A stretch of DNA of 64,000 nt, from the NCBI RefSeq assembly GCF_021028975.2, contig NC_059428.1, forward strand, positions 27,528,001 to 27,592,000. Reading direction: 5' to 3'. The position numbers and the translations under genes were made by a program. Shown here in pieces: positions 62,599 to 64,000 of the stretch. Position 1 is the first letter of the stretch, and each line of letters starts with the position of its first letter. This stretch comes from Sphaerodactylus townsendi (lineage: Eukaryota). The notes beneath the pieces were generated by a model, which ran no database searches, was not told where the DNA came from, and was given only the letters and a program-made list of their open reading frames with translations.

Positions 62599-64000
62599 TG
62601 ATAATTACTAGCATAATTACCCCTGCCTCCCTTAATTACCCCTCCCCTCTCCTCCCTTGCATGCCATCCCTCACTCCCCTTCCCTTGCATGCCATCCCAT
62701 CCCACCCCTCCCTCCACTAGGGTGGGCCAGGTCCAGATGCCGGGCCCCCCTCCCCTCCCTTGCATGAGTGATAATTACTAGCAGGGATAGTAGTAGTAGT
62801 ACATTTGCACTTACTAGAAGGGAAAGTAGTAGTACATATGCATTTATTAAATCGTCTATGTACATTTGTTAACGCTAAACTGACAACATATACTGGACTC
62901 TCATGAGTTTTTGTTCAGTTCCTCACCCAATACATCTTATTGAAGGTACAGCCAGAAAAATATTTTATGTTATAAATGCTGTTTACTGTTTATATTGATC
63001 AGAATTCTTGGTATCAAGAATGTAGTCGATCCCTTGGCCGGATTTTTGTCCAAAGTATCTGCATCAACTGTCCTGGACTTCGTCATAATCTTTTAATAAA
63101 AGTTTAAAATTTTAAAAAATAGCAATCGTGTCACCAGTTTGTTTCTGCAGTATAAAGAATCAGCCAATGGAGAAAGGACTTCTTCTTCTAATGGAAAATT
63201 CCTCACTTGGTGGAAAGAAACCACTGAATCCAACCTCTAATGGTTTGATATGGAAATGTAGTGGCACAGTATTAATGCACAAATAGCTCAGAGCAAGCAG
63301 ATAATTCTAGAAAGGCACAATCCTACACATGGTTTCACTGAAGTCAAAAGAATTAAAAATACACAACTGTGTGCTGGAGAGGACCCAAAACTAAATAAAT
63401 TAAGACAGATGTGGATTACACTGCGTCCTAGGAACCAGCACAAGTAGTACCCCTGTACCAATAATTACTTCAAAGCAAGGCTAGAAATACTCCTAATAGC
63501 CAGCTGCTGTTATTTATTACATAAGAATTTAAATCTTAGATGTCAACATGTAAATTTTAGGAACCAAAGCAACAAAGTCATAGATTCTTCTAGCTCTGTC
63601 TAGAAATGCTAGCATTCAGATTCTGATTTTTAAAATGTACCTGACAAATCCACAACTTCTGGTTACAAACTTCAAGAAGTTAACAGAGGAACTGATATCA
63701 AATCTAACCCAAATTTATTTTTCCACTGTTAATCAATGAAAAAAATAAAACTATTTTAGTTTTGTAAGTTTCTGATGATCTCATTTCAAGGGTAACCCAC
63801 GAAACCAAAACAAATTTCTGAACAAACAAGACAAACAGTGGTTTGTTCTGATGCATCAGTTGGGTGGTCCACATGCAGGTTACACTAATTATATTCTATG
63901 CTAACTAGAGCAGCAAACTAAAATGAATCTACCTCAAAAAAATAGCTCCAGGAAGCCAGCATCACTACTCTGACACTCCCTTATTTTTAATTTTCCCTTG

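Noticed and set aside
62970-63090. Short minus-strand ATG frame MTKSRTVDADTLDKNPAKG...
   Set aside because: Reaches a stop before any usable donor and has no recognisable homology.
53650-64000. Search for the gene's first coding exon
   Set aside because: No ATG-initiated, phase-0 exon resembling the family N-terminus and no CpG-island promoter found; probably beyond the window.

Overview
Vertebrate genomic DNA, most likely a squamate and probably a gecko. That inference rests on abundant Squam3-like tRNA/CORE SINEs with (CTT)n tails, 5S-derived SINEs and L1/L2/CR1 fragments. The window lies inside one minus-strand gene of the ARHGAP20 (Rho GTPase-activating protein 20) family. I found five coding exons by reading splice sites: 53564-53649, 18506-18676, 8547-8696, 5101-5142 and 4509-4593. 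All have GT-AG boundaries and splice in frame to 178 aa (KMKSLAQRRQSAPSLV...QERHLFLFTDVLVVAKAK...SFVLGWPTTNCVANF...DYPKSIPLKIIAKDVGNCAY), covering the N-terminus, the PH domain and the start of the RA domain. I did not find the first exon or any later exons in the window. The rest is intron, full of LINE fragments, SINEs, hAT/Harbinger/Mariner-type MITEs and microsatellites, with two N gaps. Almost all ORF-track entries are spurious. Most notable: (i) a decayed partial duplicate of the first PH exon's 3' end with an intact splice donor at about 29573-29667; (ii) a compositionally foreign segment of about 2.6 kb (42130-44790) with a degenerate ~90/180-bp purine repeat, possibly an assembly artefact; (iii) a non-autonomous element family built from ~196-bp nested-hairpin units that appears with different termini. 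I cannot support a clearly new multi-gene system from this sequence.
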